From Gemmatimonadota bacterium (lineage in GTDB: Bacteria > Gemmatimonadota > Gemmatimonadetes > Gemmatimonadales > GWC2-71-9): a stretch of DNA of 64,000 bases. How positions within the stretch are numbered: the first letter of the stretch is position 1; each line of letters opens with the position of its first letter. The stretch covers positions 13,659 to 77,658 of the forward strand of contig JBDGYW010000001.1 in the NCBI GenBank assembly GCA_039588935.1, given 5' to 3'. Shown in pieces: positions 1-6,819 of this stretch. A model generated the notes under the pieces. The model ran no database searches, was not told where the DNA came from, and was given only the letters and a program-made list of their open reading frames with translations. Both the position numbers and the translations under genes were made by a program.

Positions 1-527
1 GCAAACCAGTCCAGATGCTCACGGAAGGGGGCAACCGTCCATTCGATCTGGCGACCGCTTTTGCCGCGGTAATTGAGAAGTCCCGTCCGCACACCCTCGC
101 GCACCGCCCGCTTCGTGAGCCGACAGACGTCGCCAACCCGGAAGCCACGCATGCAGATCATCATGAGCGCTGCTGCTTCTGCTTCCTTGAAGGGAAGTTC
201 GTCGACGGCTGCGATCACGCCGTCCCACTCATCGAGGGTCAGCGGGCGCTTCTCGTGTATCCGCTCCGGTGGCGGGAGCTTCAGGTCATCGAGCGTCTCG
301 AGCAGCGAGGTGTCTTTCGTGTACTTGGCCCAGGCCCGGAGTGCCGCAAGATTCGTGCGCTTGGTCTTTGGCGCGAGCCCGTCGCGGACGAGGCGGCCGG
401 TGAGGCCGCGCCGGTCGGCGAGGCAGTGCGCGACATTGTGTGCGTAGAGTTCCGCCGTCCCCTCCGTTCGGCCGCGGCCGATGAGCCAATCTGAAAACCG
501 CTGGATCTGCGCTTGTTTGGAGGGCAT
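1..527 (-). CDS. int: Tyrosine recombinase / phage integrase, N-terminal ~175 aa (3' end runs off the window)
   Basis: Absent from the ORF track because it has no stop in the window. ATG at 527-525. My translation is MPSKQAQIQRFSDWLIGRGRTEGTAELYAHNVAHCL...LTLDEWDGVIAAV...ALMMICMRGFRVGDVCRL, which gives a SAM-like N-domain followed by the first catalytic Arg box of phage integrases. Confidence 0.8.
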   Translation of the reverse strand, partial: MPSKQAQIQRFSDWLIGRGRTEGTAELYAHNVAHCLADRRGLTGRLVRDGLAPKTKRTNLAALRAWAKYTKDTSLLETLDDLKLPPPERIHEKRPLTLDEWDGVIAAVDELPFKEAEAAALMMICMRGFRVGDVCRLTKRAVREGVRTGLLNYRGKSGRQIEWTVAPFREHLDWF

Positions 528-544
528 CTGAGGATAAATATTGC

Positions 545-557
545 TTTAGATTCGCAA
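545..557. promoter_or_regulatory. 13-bp dyad copy TTTAGATTCGCAA
   Basis: Intergenic. Lies 17 nt upstream of the integrase ATG (opposite strand) and 6 nt upstream of the -35 of the candidate sRNA promoter. Confidence 0.7.
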
Positions 558-562
558 ACTGG

Positions 563-591
563 TTGACGAAAGGCAAGCCGAACCCTAGGAT
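563..591 (+). promoter_or_regulatory. Candidate sigma70-type promoter TTGACG-N17-TAGGAT
   Basis: -35 at 563-568, 17-nt spacer, -10 at 586-591. Divergent from int. A terminator lies about 60 nt downstream of the predicted transcription start. Confidence 0.35.
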
Positions 592-597
592 GTAGCT

Positions 598-684
598 GCA
601 GAACCCTTCGGGAACTCGGATCGTCCTCCTTGCTCCCACCCCGCTTGCGCCCCTGCTTCTTCGCCGTCGTAGGGGCGTTTTTTT
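598..684 (+). ncRNA. Candidate ~85-nt sRNA carrying an anti-RBS box UCGUCCUCCU
   Basis: Bounded by the promoter-like element (563-591) and the intrinsic terminator (648-684). No ORF. 621-630 TCGTCCTCCT is the exact complement of the AGGAGGACGA cassette found upstream of at least 14 genes here. Confidence 0.3.
648..684 (+). terminator. Rho-independent terminator (orphan, no upstream CDS)
   Basis: Stem CGCCCCT (648-654) pairs with AGGGGCG (671-677), 16-nt loop, followed by T7 (678-684). Confidence 0.55.
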
Positions 685-893
685 GCCTTGAAGTCGGCGG
701 CGCTCTTGGGTAGCCTCAATCTGCCGGGCCGATTGGGCGAGGGTTATCATCTTGACCATGAACGCCGAAAGGCATTTCCCTCCCCGCCACTTGCCCGGCA
801 TTGACAACCAGCTCTCCATTTGCCGAACAAAGGCAAAGGGCCCACCGCGAGCCTGAACGTTACAACGCGCGCAGTAGATCGCGAATCGCGGTA

Positions 894-934
894 GGGGACG
901 CCGGCACGTACAAGCAATCACGCACGGCGTCCCC
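894..934 (+). other. Strong hairpin in the int-tRNA spacer
   Basis: GGGGACGCCG (894-903) pairs with CGGCGTCCCC (925-934), a perfect 10-bp stem with a 21-nt loop. No T-run follows. Confidence 0.5.
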
Positions 935-941
935 GCCTTGA

Positions 942-1016
942 TGCGGTGAGGGACGATCCCCAGCTTGGGCTCATAACCCAATGCCCCTTCAGGTTTGACT
1001 CCTGGCGCCGCTACCA
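942..1016 (+). tRNA. tRNA-like element, anticodon CAU, encoded CCA, no canonical D-arm (pseudo- or non-canonical tRNA)
   Basis: Anticodon arm is TTGGG-CTCATAA-CCCAA, with the three G:C pairs next to the loop typical of initiator tRNA. T-arm is TCAGG-TTTGACT-CCTGG. Acceptor TGCGGTG/CGCCGCT pairs at 6 of 7 positions, then A-CCA. The D region is only 14 nt with no 4-bp stem, and the variable region is 7 nt. Confidence 0.35.
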
Positions 1017-1052
1017 AGACCGCGGCCTCTCGGTGGGGGCCTACACGCACCA

Positions 1053-1126
1053 TTCGACTTAGCTCAGCCTGGTAGAGCTCCGAACTAACACTTCGGTGGT
1101 CGAGAGTTCAATTCTCTCAGTCAAAA
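1053..1126 (+). tRNA. tRNA, anticodon AAC (Val by the code)
   Basis: Hand-folded cloverleaf. Acceptor TTCGACT/AGTCAAA pairs at 6 of 7 positions (C3:A70 mismatch). D-arm GCTC-AGCCTGGTA-GAGC. Anticodon arm CCGAA-CTAACAC-TTCGG with U33 and A37. T-arm GAGAG-TTCAATT-CTCTC. 74 nt, CCA not encoded. Confidence 0.75.
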
Positions 1127-1155
1127 CCGCCCCCACCACTCGGCCGCGGTTTTTC
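1125..1155 (+). terminator. Weak terminator-like hairpin after the tRNA
   Basis: AACCGC (1125-1130) pairs with GCGGTT (1146-1151), followed by TTTT. Short stem that overlaps the tRNA 3' end. Confidence 0.3.
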
Positions 1156-1168
1156 TGTTAGGCTCCCC

Positions 1169-1390
1169 GTGATGCGACTGATCGACGCCAACACGGGTTA
1201 CGAGCCTAAAGCAGGCGAGACCTTCAAAAACGTCCTCGGCTACGTGACGATCCTGAAGGTGCGCGAGGGCATCTTCTCGGCCAAGGTGCTGGTCTCGATC
1301 AATGGCGATGACCCGCAGTGGTGGCCGCTCACCGTGCGCTACCTACACCCCGGCTTCCCGTTTCAGAAGGTCGGCTTCCTCAACAGCTAA
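1169..1390 (+). CDS. Hypothetical protein (73 aa)
   Basis: ORF track. GTG 1169 or ATG 1172 start. First ORF after the tRNA and convergent with 1387..2091(-). No domain recognised. Confidence 0.5.
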   Translation: MMRLIDANTGYEPKAGETFKNVLGYVTILKVREGIFSAKVLVSINGDDPQWWPLTVRYLHPGFPFQKVGFLNS

Positions 1391-2091
1391 AGCTCGACGA
1401 CCGCGGCGGAGCCGATGATCCGGTAGGGCCGCCCGCGTGCCTGGCAGAACCTCTTGAAGACATGGTGGGGCAAAGCGTTCTGATTCCACTCGTCCGGCCA
1501 ATCCCAGTCATCGCAGATGATGAGGCCGTGCTCGACCAGGTGGTTGGCGGCGAACTCGAGCTCCCACCTCATATTCGCCGCGCCGTGGTCGGAATCGTGA
1601 ATGAAGAGATCCCACGGCCCAGTTAGAGCCGCAAGTTCTGGGAGCACCTTCTTGCTCTCGCCGGCCAGGAAGGTGAATCGGTCAAAGCCATTGAAGCCCA
1701 GGGTGTCGCGGATGGCATCCATGGCCTGCTTCTGGCTGTAGTGCCTCGGGTCGCAGCTATACAGTGCGCCGTGTCCATTCCGATCGAGCGCGCGAAGGAC
1801 CAGGGACGCGCCCACACCGAAGCGCGTCCCTGTCTCGATGACCTTCTCGGGCCGGAGGATGCGGCAGATCGCATAGACGTAGTCCTGGTAGAGCAACGGC
1901 CCGTGGCTGTGCAGTCGCTTGTGGTCCGGGATCGCCTTGGCCTCGGCGAGAATCGGGCCCGGGTCGACATTGTGGCGGACGGCTAGGTCGCGAACGTAAT
2001 CCCAGTCACGCATCCGGCGAGAATAGCGCACCTTCGAGCGGTGAGGCCTGATGCAGATCGCGAGTCGGTTCGCAAGGAAAATCAGTTGCAT
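1387..2091 (-). CDS. Class I SAM-dependent methyltransferase (CmcI / O-MTase-like)
   Basis: ORF track 1387..2181 trimmed to ATG 2091 (ATG 2013 also possible) so the DnaA-box spacer stays non-coding. Motif I VIETGTRFGVGAS, then LFIHDSDHGAANMRWELE, as in Methyltransf_24/CmcI-type enzymes. Confidence 0.7.
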   Translation of the reverse strand: MQLIFLANRLAICIRPHRSKVRYSRRMRDWDYVRDLAVRHNVDPGPILAEAKAIPDHKRLHSHGPLLYQDYVYAICRILRPEKVIETGTRFGVGASLVLRALDRNGHGALYSCDPRHYSQKQAMDAIRDTLGFNGFDRFTFLAGESKKVLPELAALTGPWDLFIHDSDHGAANMRWELEFAANHLVEHGLIICDDWDWPDEWNQNALPHHVFKRFCQARGRPYRIIGSAAVVEL

Positions 2092-2126
2092 CTCCCACCA
2101 CCTGGTCGTGGAATTTTTCACCAAAG

Positions 2127-2146
2127 TTATCCACAGGTTATCCACA
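2127..2146 (+). promoter_or_regulatory. Two tandem perfect DnaA boxes TTATCCACA
   Basis: 2127-2135 and 2138-2146, 11 bp start to start. Flanked by GGAATTTTT repeats at 2110 and 2164, in the divergent MTase/XRE spacer. Confidence 0.6.
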
Positions 2147-2234
2147 CGGAATTTCGCGCACTTGGAATTTTTTCCCTCCACGTCGGCAGATAACTTGACC
2201 GGCCGTCACGAACCGTGTGAGATTACTATCCGTC

Positions 2235-2489
2235 ATGGAGGACGAGCCGTTGACCCAAGAGGAAGCTGCCCGCCTGCTCCGCGCTGAGCGGAAGCGAGCG
2301 AACCTCACACAGGACGAGATGGCGAAGGCCCTCGGCATCGGCCAGAGCCACTACAGCCTGCTGGAGCGCGGCAAGAGGCGCTACACCGTCGTCTACCTGA
2401 TGAGGGCGAAACGGAGACTTGGCGTCAGCTACGAATCTCTGCTGGGAGAGACCGAGGGGGACGAACAGAAATGCCACGCAGACGGGTAG
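2235..2489 (+). CDS. XRE / Cro-CI family helix-turn-helix regulator
   Basis: ORF track 2217..2489 with the start moved to ATG 2235 (MEDEPL). LTQDEMAKALGIGQSHYSLLERGKR is a canonical HTH_3 motif. Confidence 0.8.
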   Translation: MEDEPLTQEEAARLLRAERKRANLTQDEMAKALGIGQSHYSLLERGKRRYTVVYLMRAKRRLGVSYESLLGETEGDEQKCHADG

Positions 2490-3643
2490 CGGTCCGGCCG
2501 GACAAGCTGTCGCACACGAAGATCACGCCGCGGCTGATGGAGTGGGGCCCCTGGGAGATGATGTCTCCGACCGCGCGCTGTCTATGGATAGGGCTCTACG
2601 CTAGCCCAGAGGCGCGCAGCGTCGCTCCAGGCCTCTGGAGGGGCGGTGTCGCAGTGATGGCCGAGTCCTCGTGCCTGGGAGTCACGGACACACAGAACGC
2701 ACTGAGCGAGCTGAAGGAGCGAGGCGTCCTTCTCTTCGATCCGGCGACCCGCGTCGCCATCTTCACGAGGCTTCCGGACCGTGCAATGCGCCCCGCAAAC
2801 GGCCGCTGCATCGTCCGCTACTACAAGCGATGGGCGGAGCTGCCGGATTGCCTGTTGGTGGATGCCTGGATTCATCTGCTGCTCTGGCTCTGTCACCCCA
2901 TGACGGGGGACCATGAGAAGCACTGGGACAGCACTTTTGGGGACGCGACAGGTGTAATGTCCAGCACAATCCCGATTTTCCCAATTGAAGGCGTCATTAC
3001 GAACTCCGAAAAACCTGTTGTTCTGGCCAGCACAAATGGTCATGACGAAGCCTCCCGTGGAGAACCTGAGGACAAGGTAGCACAAACATCAATGTTTCAG
3101 CAAGGATCCGATACGGTATCCGAGACTGTTGAGGATACCCTACTTATTACTTATAGCTTGTCCGGAGTAAGAGAAGGGGGTGTGGGGGAAGAGAGGACCC
3201 GGGGGCCAGCCAACGGGGCGGACTTCCTGGAGGGGCGCAGGCGGAAACCGCGGCGAAAGCCAGAGCGCCCCTTCGCCATCAAGGACCTCTTCGCGGCGCT
3301 GCGCGAGACCTCGGCCGGGCGGGTCGCAACGACGCCATGGGACGTGAGGATGGCGAAGCCCCTATGGGACGTCATCGAGGCTTGTGGCCAAGCTGAAGTA
3401 ACACTTGAGGACGTGCGGCTGGCCGGCGACTGGCTCGCGGCCGGCGGTCTCGGCTATCGCGATGACCTCGGCATCCCCTGGATCGCGAAGACTGGCGAGC
3501 TCCTCAACGCCGTCGCGAAGGCGCGGCTCTGGGGTGAGGCCGGCCGCGGAAAAGTTGAGAGTCACAAGAAGGGTTCTGGGCGAGGGGTGACGGCCCGCGA
3601 TCTTGCGGACCGAGCCGCCTCACTCGAGGCTGACGGACAGTAG
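2471..3643 (+). CDS. Hypothetical 390-aa protein; possible replication initiator/organiser (inference only)
   Basis: ORF track. GAGGGGGA RBS. Overlaps the XRE gene end. Winged-helix-like segment NALSELKERGVLLFDPATRVAIF. Sits next to the DnaA boxes. Confidence 0.65.
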   Translation: MPRRRVAVRPDKLSHTKITPRLMEWGPWEMMSPTARCLWIGLYASPEARSVAPGLWRGGVAVMAESSCLGVTDTQNALSELKERGVLLFDPATRVAIFTRLPDRAMRPANGRCIVRYYKRWAELPDCLLVDAWIHLLLWLCHPMTGDHEKHWDSTFGDATGVMSSTIPIFPIEGVITNSEKPVVLASTNGHDEASRGEPEDKVAQTSMFQQGSDTVSETVEDTLLITYSLSGVREGGVGEERTRGPANGADFLEGRRRKPRRKPERPFAIKDLFAALRETSAGRVATTPWDVRMAKPLWDVIEACGQAEVTLEDVRLAGDWLAAGGLGYRDDLGIPWIAKTGELLNAVAKARLWGEAGRGKVESHKKGSGRGVTARDLADRAASLEADGQ

Positions 3644-3657
3644 GAGGACGACGGGGC

Positions 3658-3825
3658 ATGATCTGGCACGATGGACCACGGTGTCCGCACTGCGGGCGAA
3701 GGTTTTGGACGGAGGCCGCGCTGTGGAAGCATTACGAGCGCGGATGTCGGAAGACACCAAAACAGAAGTGGGAGAAGCCGAAGGGCCCGCTGTCGCTCTA
3801 CCCTAACAATCGGCGATGTAGTTAG
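3658..3825 (+). CDS. Small zinc-finger protein (55 aa)
   Basis: Below the ORF-track size cutoff. TAGGAGGACGA cassette followed by ATG 3658. My translation is MIWHDGPRCPHCGRRFWTEAALWKHYERGCRK.... It fills the 3644-3834 gap. Confidence 0.55.
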   Translation: MIWHDGPRCPHCGRRFWTEAALWKHYERGCRKTPKQKWEKPKGPLSLYPNNRRCS

Positions 3826-3834
3826 GAGGACGAC

Positions 3835-4074
3835 ATGCGGGAACGAATAGGACGATCGGGATTGCGGCGCGCTGAGCTGGAGCAAGAGTGCGCGATGATT
3901 GGAAGCGCCCTTGGCGACGTACTCAAGGCAAGAACACCTGGCGCTGGGTTCGCGCTTCTTCTTTTCGACTTTGGCGAAAAAGGGAACATTGCCTACGTCT
4001 CGAATGCGAACCGCGAGGACATGATAGAGGCGCTGGGTGAGTTGTTGGGGAATCTGAAGGCGGAGACACGGTAG
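3835..4074 (+). CDS. Hypothetical protein (79 aa)
   Basis: ORF track. TTAGGAGGACGAC-ATG cassette. ORFan. Confidence 0.65.
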   Translation: MRERIGRSGLRRAELEQECAMIGSALGDVLKARTPGAGFALLLFDFGEKGNIAYVSNANREDMIEALGELLGNLKAETR

Positions 4075-4084
4075 GAGGAGGAGG

Positions 4085-4546
4085 ATGGAGGAAAAACCGA
4101 CCGATGCCGCGATCCTGAAAGAGCTTGCGATAAGGATTCGACAACGACTCGACGAGGTTGATGCGGCCGATCGTCGTGCCGAACGGGCGGAGGCCCAGCT
4201 CGAAGGATTCCATGACGCCCTCGCTGCTATTGCCCAGCACGGGCCACAGCCGAGATGCCAGTGTGGATGCAATGAGGTTGGCAACGAATGTGATGCGGAT
4301 TGTGCGGCCCAGATGGTCGGTTTTGCCATGACGGCACTCAGTAAAACTGACTGGAAGGGCGCCGCTGAGCGTCGTGACGAGTGGGAGCGCGGTATCATGG
4401 AACAGCTAAAGAAGCTGTTCGCAGAGGCCGGTGTGAAGATTCTCGTTGGCCCGCGAGCCCCACTTCAAAACCAGATGGAAGGCCGGCTTCAGAGCGAGGA
4501 CGTGAAGCTCTACTTCCGCCTTGAGTTTTCCAGGCGCGGATTCTAG
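4085..4546 (+). CDS. Hypothetical protein (153 aa)
   Basis: ORF track. TAGGAGGAGGAGG-ATG. Cys cluster CQCGCNEVGNECDADC. Confidence 0.7.
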   Translation: MEEKPTDAAILKELAIRIRQRLDEVDAADRRAERAEAQLEGFHDALAAIAQHGPQPRCQCGCNEVGNECDADCAAQMVGFAMTALSKTDWKGAAERRDEWERGIMEQLKKLFAEAGVKILVGPRAPLQNQMEGRLQSEDVKLYFRLEFSRRGF

Positions 4547-4559
4547 GAAGAAGGACGAG

Positions 4560-4889
4560 ATGAAAGAAAGACACACCTCACCGGAGCTGCTTCAGAGGCT
4601 AAACGCCGCGACAAGGGCTGCTGCAGACAAATTGGGCGACGACTGCGGTGCGGTCATCGTTGTCGGAGTAATGCGCGATCCGGACGGTGTCGCATTCCCA
4701 ATCAAGGATCTTTGGAACTCCGCCTTTACCGACGAGAACATCCGTGACATCTACCCGTTGGTTGGCGAGGTATTCAAGCGGTGGATTGCTGGGCAAGCGA
4801 AGGGTGAGCGTGGCGACGAATGCCCCGACTGCATCAATGCCATCAACAGCGGCGAATTGCTATGCAAGCGCCACCTGGATGAGTACTGA
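4560..4889 (+). CDS. Hypothetical protein (109 aa)
   Basis: ORF track 4521..4889 trimmed to ATG 4560 behind GAAGGACGAG. C-terminal CPDC...CKRH. Confidence 0.65.
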   Translation: MKERHTSPELLQRLNAATRAAADKLGDDCGAVIVVGVMRDPDGVAFPIKDLWNSAFTDENIRDIYPLVGEVFKRWIAGQAKGERGDECPDCINAINSGELLCKRHLDEY

Positions 4890-4890
4890 G

Positions 4891-4910
4891 AACAAACAGC
4901 TCTTTATCAT
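4891..4910 (+). promoter_or_regulatory. Early intercistronic motif copy AACAAACAGCTCTTTATCAT
   Basis: Starts right after stop TGA 4887-4889 and ends 1 nt before ATG 4912. Confidence 0.6.
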
Positions 4911-4911
4911 C

Positions 4912-5337
4912 ATGGCTACCAAGTACCCAACCCCATCACGGCAGCGACCAGACGTTTTCAACGTGTGCGTGAAATGCCTCTTCTCGATTCCGAGTACAGA
5001 ACCGATCGGCTTCGAGTTTCTATTTGGTGAGCACTGGGTTACCTGCCACGCCAGCGACAAGGACTGCTTAGACCGTCAGGATAAGTGCAGGGATCGCCAC
5101 AGGCGCGAGATAGCTCATCGCATGAAGTTTCTAGCCGGAGGTCACTTGGTGGTGATACGCGATCTGCTAGGCCACCACTTCGACACCTATGGGAACTACT
5201 ACCTGAAAGTCGAGGAGGGCGCGGACCCGCTTCAGCGAGCCGAACAGTTCATTCGCGCTCAGGATGAGACGTGGGGTTCTCTCGCGGGGAAGTGCGTTCT
5301 CATCGTCGAAGAGATCCTCTCGGACGGCGCTAGCTAA
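4912..5337 (+). CDS. Hypothetical protein (141 aa)
   Basis: ORF track 4687..5337 trimmed to ATG 4912, which directly follows the early motif. No SD. Confidence 0.6.
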   Translation: MATKYPTPSRQRPDVFNVCVKCLFSIPSTEPIGFEFLFGEHWVTCHASDKDCLDRQDKCRDRHRREIAHRMKFLAGGHLVVIRDLLGHHFDTYGNYYLKVEEGADPLQRAEQFIRAQDETWGSLAGKCVLIVEEILSDGAS

Positions 5338-5355
5338 ACCACAGTTTGTTATCAA
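5335..5355 (+). promoter_or_regulatory. Early intercistronic motif copy TAAACCACAGTTTGTTATCAA
   Basis: Begins with stop TAA 5335-5337. Followed by the GGAGGACGA RBS. Confidence 0.65.
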
Positions 5356-5368
5356 CGGAGGACGACAA

Positions 5369-5608
5369 ATGTCACAGCCAATGGATGAGCAAGAGGTGAG
5401 GCGCCGTCGTCAGCACGCCACCGCGGGCGCTCATATAGCTCAAGCTGTTGAGCATCTTGCGCGTGCCCAGGAAGCAGTGGCGGATCTTTGGGCCGGGGGC
5501 CATGCGATTAGCAGCTACTACCTCGACCAGCTCAGCCGCGCGGCGAACGCGCACCTACAGATTGCGGCTCACGGAGACGAGTTAGGAGGACGAGATGGCC
5601 AAGATTGA
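5369..5608 (+). CDS. Hypothetical protein (79 aa)
   Basis: ORF track 5264..5608 trimmed to ATG 5369 behind GGAGGACGA (5357-5365). Confidence 0.65.
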   Translation: MSQPMDEQEVRRRRQHATAGAHIAQAVEHLARAQEAVADLWAGGHAISSYYLDQLSRAANAHLQIAAHGDELGGRDGQD

Positions 5609-5873
5609 CCCCATACCATTCGCGCAGCACCTCGTCGGATACGCCTGCGGCGTGATGCGCGCAATCACCGAGGCGCTCGAGAGTGCCCAGACCAACGAGG
5701 CATACAGCTGCGAGCAGTTCGAGAAGGCTCGCGATTTCATCGATGAGTTTCTCGTGCAGCACAAGACGGAGAACTCCTCAGGGGAGCCCGTGGGGTACGG
5801 TCCGCTTCGATGTGGCGAGTGCCTCGCATGTCGAAAGAATGAACCGTGCTTTGATCCGCCGACGGCTCTTTGA
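5595..5873 (+). CDS. Hypothetical protein (92 aa)
   Basis: ORF track. GGAGGACGA at 5585-5593. Overlaps the previous gene end. Confidence 0.7.
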   Translation: MAKIDPIPFAQHLVGYACGVMRAITEALESAQTNEAYSCEQFEKARDFIDEFLVQHKTENSSGEPVGYGPLRCGECLACRKNEPCFDPPTAL

Positions 5874-5874
5874 G

Positions 5875-5896
5875 AACAAACAACGCTTTATTATCA
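5875..5896 (+). promoter_or_regulatory. Early intercistronic motif copy AACAAACAACGCTTTATTATCA
   Basis: Follows stop TGA 5871-5873 and precedes GGAGGACGA 5898-5906. Confidence 0.65.
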
Positions 5897-5907
5897 CGGA
5901 GGACGAT

Positions 5908-6336
5908 GTGACGGACGTAGAGCGAGAATGGGCGAAAACGATCATCGACGGAGATAGGCTGGCGCTGTGGGCGCTAGATAGCTGCGATGAGTTCGACACC
6001 GACATGTTCGGCGACGAACTTGAATGGCTCAGGTTTCGCTTTGGGGAAACGTGGTACGTCTGGAATCCAGATGACGACTGGGACGGCGAGGGTGTCGCTG
6101 TGGCTATGCTGATGGTGAAGGCGGTCGAGAACTCTCGCGCCGCCGCCGAAGCCGAAATCGAACACCATGTCAGGAAGCGGGTTGAGTTAACGCAGGCGGT
6201 GCGTCCGGCGGTTGAGTGGATGGAATGGTGGCTAGATCAGCAGGAGTGCGAGTGCGAGGGCATCGGCCATAATTGCGGGCGGGATGGCCGCCAGCGCGAA
6301 TACCGGGTGGCACGCGCCGCGCTAGACGGACGCTGA
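5908..6336 (+). CDS. Hypothetical protein (142 aa)
   Basis: ORF track 5683..6336 trimmed to the in-frame GTG 5908 behind GGAGGACGA. Acidic, Trp-rich ORFan. Confidence 0.65.
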   Translation: MTDVEREWAKTIIDGDRLALWALDSCDEFDTDMFGDELEWLRFRFGETWYVWNPDDDWDGEGVAVAMLMVKAVENSRAAAEAEIEHHVRKRVELTQAVRPAVEWMEWWLDQQECECEGIGHNCGRDGRQREYRVARAALDGR

Positions 6337-6349
6337 GTAGGAGGACGAG

Positions 6350-6751
6350 GTGGCTGAATCGAGTGACGAGGTTGCTGAGTGTGCAGGCTGTGGTGGTGAA
6401 GTCCCCTTCATTGACGCAATCGCCGAGAACAACCAGCAGTGGTGTAGTTACATCTGCATCGCGCGCGACGTTTCCACGAAGGCGATCGAACGCGCAGCAG
6501 AGAAGCCAACCCGACTTCGCAAGGGTTGGAGGAGCACCGCGATCGCCTACATTGAGGTCGTCGCGGACGCGGAGACGATCGGTGCGTTCCGCGACTGGAT
6601 GCGAGCGGAGAAGATAACGTTCTACCACAGCTGCTCGCCTTACAACCCCCTGGCCCACAGTGGCTACTTCCGTGAAGCGGAAGCGAAGCGCATCGAGGCG
6701 TGGCTGGGTGCCCACGTCGAGCAGACGTGGCCGCAAGCCGGCCGCGTCTGA
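6350..6751 (+). CDS. Hypothetical protein (133 aa)
   Basis: ORF track. GTG behind GGAGGACGA 6340-6348. N-terminal CAGCGG...C zinc-ribbon-like. Confidence 0.7.
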   Translation: MAESSDEVAECAGCGGEVPFIDAIAENNQQWCSYICIARDVSTKAIERAAEKPTRLRKGWRSTAIAYIEVVADAETIGAFRDWMRAEKITFYHSCSPYNPLAHSGYFREAEAKRIEAWLGAHVEQTWPQAGRV

Positions 6752-6752
6752 G

Positions 6753-6775
6753 AATAAACGACGGGTTTGTTATCA
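6753..6775 (+). promoter_or_regulatory. Early intercistronic motif copy AATAAACGACGGGTTTGTTATCA
   Basis: Follows stop TGA 6749-6751. Together with the stop it forms the imperfect dyad TGAGAATAAAC / GTTTGTTATCA. Confidence 0.65.
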
Positions 6776-6819
6776 GAGGAGGACGGGATGAGTGAGGTCG
6801 ATGAACAGCGAGAGGGGGA

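Noticed and set aside
758-856. Small ORFs in spacers: 758..856 (32 aa, follows a GGTTATCATC fragment) and 6787..6822 (11 aa, behind GGAGGACGG)
   Set aside because: The peptides are short, compositionally odd (MNAERHFPPRHLPG..., MSEVDEQREGD) and uncoupled to their neighbours. The second one is probably just the RBS region of 6820..7086. I kept them out of the gene list.
705-1016. tmRNA (ssrA) hypothesis: GGCGGCG at 705 could pair with CGCCGCT-ACCA at 1006-1016, which follows a T-arm-like hairpin, and integrases often sit next to ssrA
   Set aside because: There is no conserved tmRNA 5' motif after the acceptor. No reading frame ends in a plausible tag (no ...AA/LAA stop context in any frame of 790-900). 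An anticodon-type stem-loop with CAU lies directly upstream of the T-arm, which is a tRNA feature and not a tmRNA feature. I therefore treat 942-1016 as a degenerate tRNA-like element.
15-1053. Track ORFs 15..494(+), 73..447(+) and 286..1053(-, 255 aa) as protein-coding genes
   Set aside because: The first two are antisense shadows of the integrase frame, which has a clear SAM-like and Arg-box translation. The 255-aa ORF overlaps the integrase 5' end and then runs through the spacer that contains a terminator, a 10-bp-stem hairpin and the tRNA-like element. Its composition is Arg/Pro/Gly-rich, typical of GC-rich off-frame ORFs.
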